The position numbers and the translations under genes are program-made. Below the pieces are notes generated by a model. That model had not been told where the DNA came from and ran no database searches. It saw only the letters and a program-made list of their open reading frames with translations. A DNA stretch of 64,000 bases from Corallochytrium limacisporum Hawaii (Eukaryota; Protista; Pluriformea), in contig PDIP01000040.1 in NCBI GenBank assembly GCA_002811645.1, positions 38,261 to 102,260 of the forward strand. The letters are read 5' to 3'. Every line of letters begins with the position of its first letter. Positions within the stretch are counted from its first letter, which is position 1. Positions 62,800-64,000 of this stretch are shown here, in pieces.

Positions 62800-63155
62800 A
62801 ATATCGTGCAGTAGAAATCCCATAGTCAAGGCGAAATTTGCACGGGGAAACCGGAAAGGGGAGTAAGTACGGTTGCAGCGCGGAGGTGGAGGACCTGGCA
62901 GGAAGATGTGCATAGCTCTGAGTAGTAGAGTGGTCTCATCAGGTATGCGTTCTTAGTCTCGAGCTGCAAATATCGCGCCTGTGGCCCAATGTGGTTGTAG
63001 TGTGCTTGTATACACTGGGTACTTGAGAACACCGTGTAAGGTAAGAATTGTTGAAGAACTGGCGGGATCTGAACAAGGGGATGTTCCGACAGCAAGGGCC
63101 AAGCAAACAGACGTTTCAGGTCGGGTCTATTTACGAAGCAAGTTAGCCAGAAACC

Positions 63156-64000
63156 ATGGCTGATATCTTTGGAGACGCTACGAACAAGCCTGCCGCGGCC
63201 GCTCCGGCCAAGGCCAAGGGCAAGGGAAAGTCTGTGGAAGAAGTATACCAGAAGGTGACCCAGACCGAGCACATCTTGCTCCGCCCTGACTCCTACATTG
63301 GCAGCACTGAGCCGCATTCTGACACTATGTGGATATACGACAAGAACAAGATGCAATTCGACCAAAGAAAGGTCACTTACACTCCCGGTCTGTACAAGAT
63401 CTACGACGAAATTCTTGTCAATGCCGCTGACAATAAACAGCGGGATTCGAGCATGAACAAGATCAAGATCGACATTGACAGGGAGAACAATACCATCAGT
63501 GTTTGGAACAACGGTCGTGGTATTCCTGTTGTAATGCACAAGACTGAAAAAATCTACGTACCTCACTTGATTTTCGGTGTTCTGCTTACGTCCTCAAACT
63601 ACAACGATGGTGAGAAGAAGGTCACTGGTGGCCGCAATGGCTTTGGTGCAAAGCTTTGCAACATCTTCTCTACCGAATTCATCATTGAGACGTGCAGTGA
63701 AGGTAAGAAATATCGTCAGGTCTTTAGTGACAATAACAGTACACAAGGCGAAGCAAAGATTACCAGCACCACCTCTCCGGACTATACATGCGTAACCTTC
63801 AAGCCGGACCTGAAGCGGTTCAACATGACCCAGCTTGATGAGGACATTGAAGCGCTGATGATTCGGCGTGCATGGGATGTGGCTGCCTGTAATACTGGTG
63901 TCACTGTGTATCTGAACGGTGAAAAACTGCCCGTGAAGGGCTTCAAGGACTACGCACGCATGTATATTGAGACCCGTGGTACCGAGAACCCTATCATTCA
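63156..64000 (+). CDS. TOP2: DNA topoisomerase II, N-terminal ATPase part (runs off the window end)
   Basis: Missing from the ORF track because it has no stop in the window. Manual translation: MADIFGDATNKP...YQKVTQTEHILLRPDSYIGS...PGLYKIYDEILVNAADNKQRD...NNGRGIP...LLTSSNYND...GGRNGFGAKLCNIFS. Confidence 0.97.
   Translation, partial: MADIFGDATNKPAAAAPAKAKGKGKSVEEVYQKVTQTEHILLRPDSYIGSTEPHSDTMWIYDKNKMQFDQRKVTYTPGLYKIYDEILVNAADNKQRDSSMNKIKIDIDRENNTISVWNNGRGIPVVMHKTEKIYVPHLIFGVLLTSSNYNDGEKKVTGGRNGFGAKLCNIFSTEFIIETCSEGKKYRQVFSDNNSTQGEAKITSTTSPDYTCVTFKPDLKRFNMTQLDEDIEALMIRRAWDVAACNTGVTVYLNGEKLPVKGFKDYARMYIETRGTENPII

Noticed and set aside
1-64000. tRNA, rRNA, CRISPR array, telomeric repeats or intact transposon
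   Set aside because: By eye I found no cloverleaf with A/B boxes, no rRNA signatures, no regularly spaced repeats, and no transposase or reverse-transcriptase ORF.

Overview
Gene-dense eukaryotic DNA with no intron needed in any recognisable CDS. The gene set (GTF3C5, KDM1A/LSD1, JMJD4, ZNF277, NEK10, TAF4, DNAJC28, TMEM41, tafazzin, TOP2) is animal-like, so my inference is an intron-poor unicellular holozoan/opisthokont such as a Corallochytrium-like protist; this is not provable from the window. There are about 25 intact single-exon CDSs, separated by intergenic blocks rich in homopolymer G/C/A/T runs. The most notable signal is decay of motile-flagellum outer-dynein-arm genes. A DNAL1/LC1 gene (2344-2917, -) carries a nonsense codon plus four frameshifts. 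A calaxin/EFCAB1 C-terminal relic (35180-35335, -) is cut off exactly at the stop codon of a bacterial-type glutathione transferase. The neighbouring cilia-associated kinase NEK10 is intact. Other points of interest: a (6-4) photolyase/cryptochrome with Tyr at the fourth electron-transfer position, a secreted divergent PEBP/YbhB-like orphan, a membrane-anchored S1/P1 nuclease, several glycosyltransferase-like genes (one frameshifted, one bacterial-like), an E2F+CHR-like element upstream of TOP2, and candidate 5'-UTR introns. I found no rRNA, tRNA, CRISPR array or intact mobile element. All family calls come from manual motif recognition; no searches were run.
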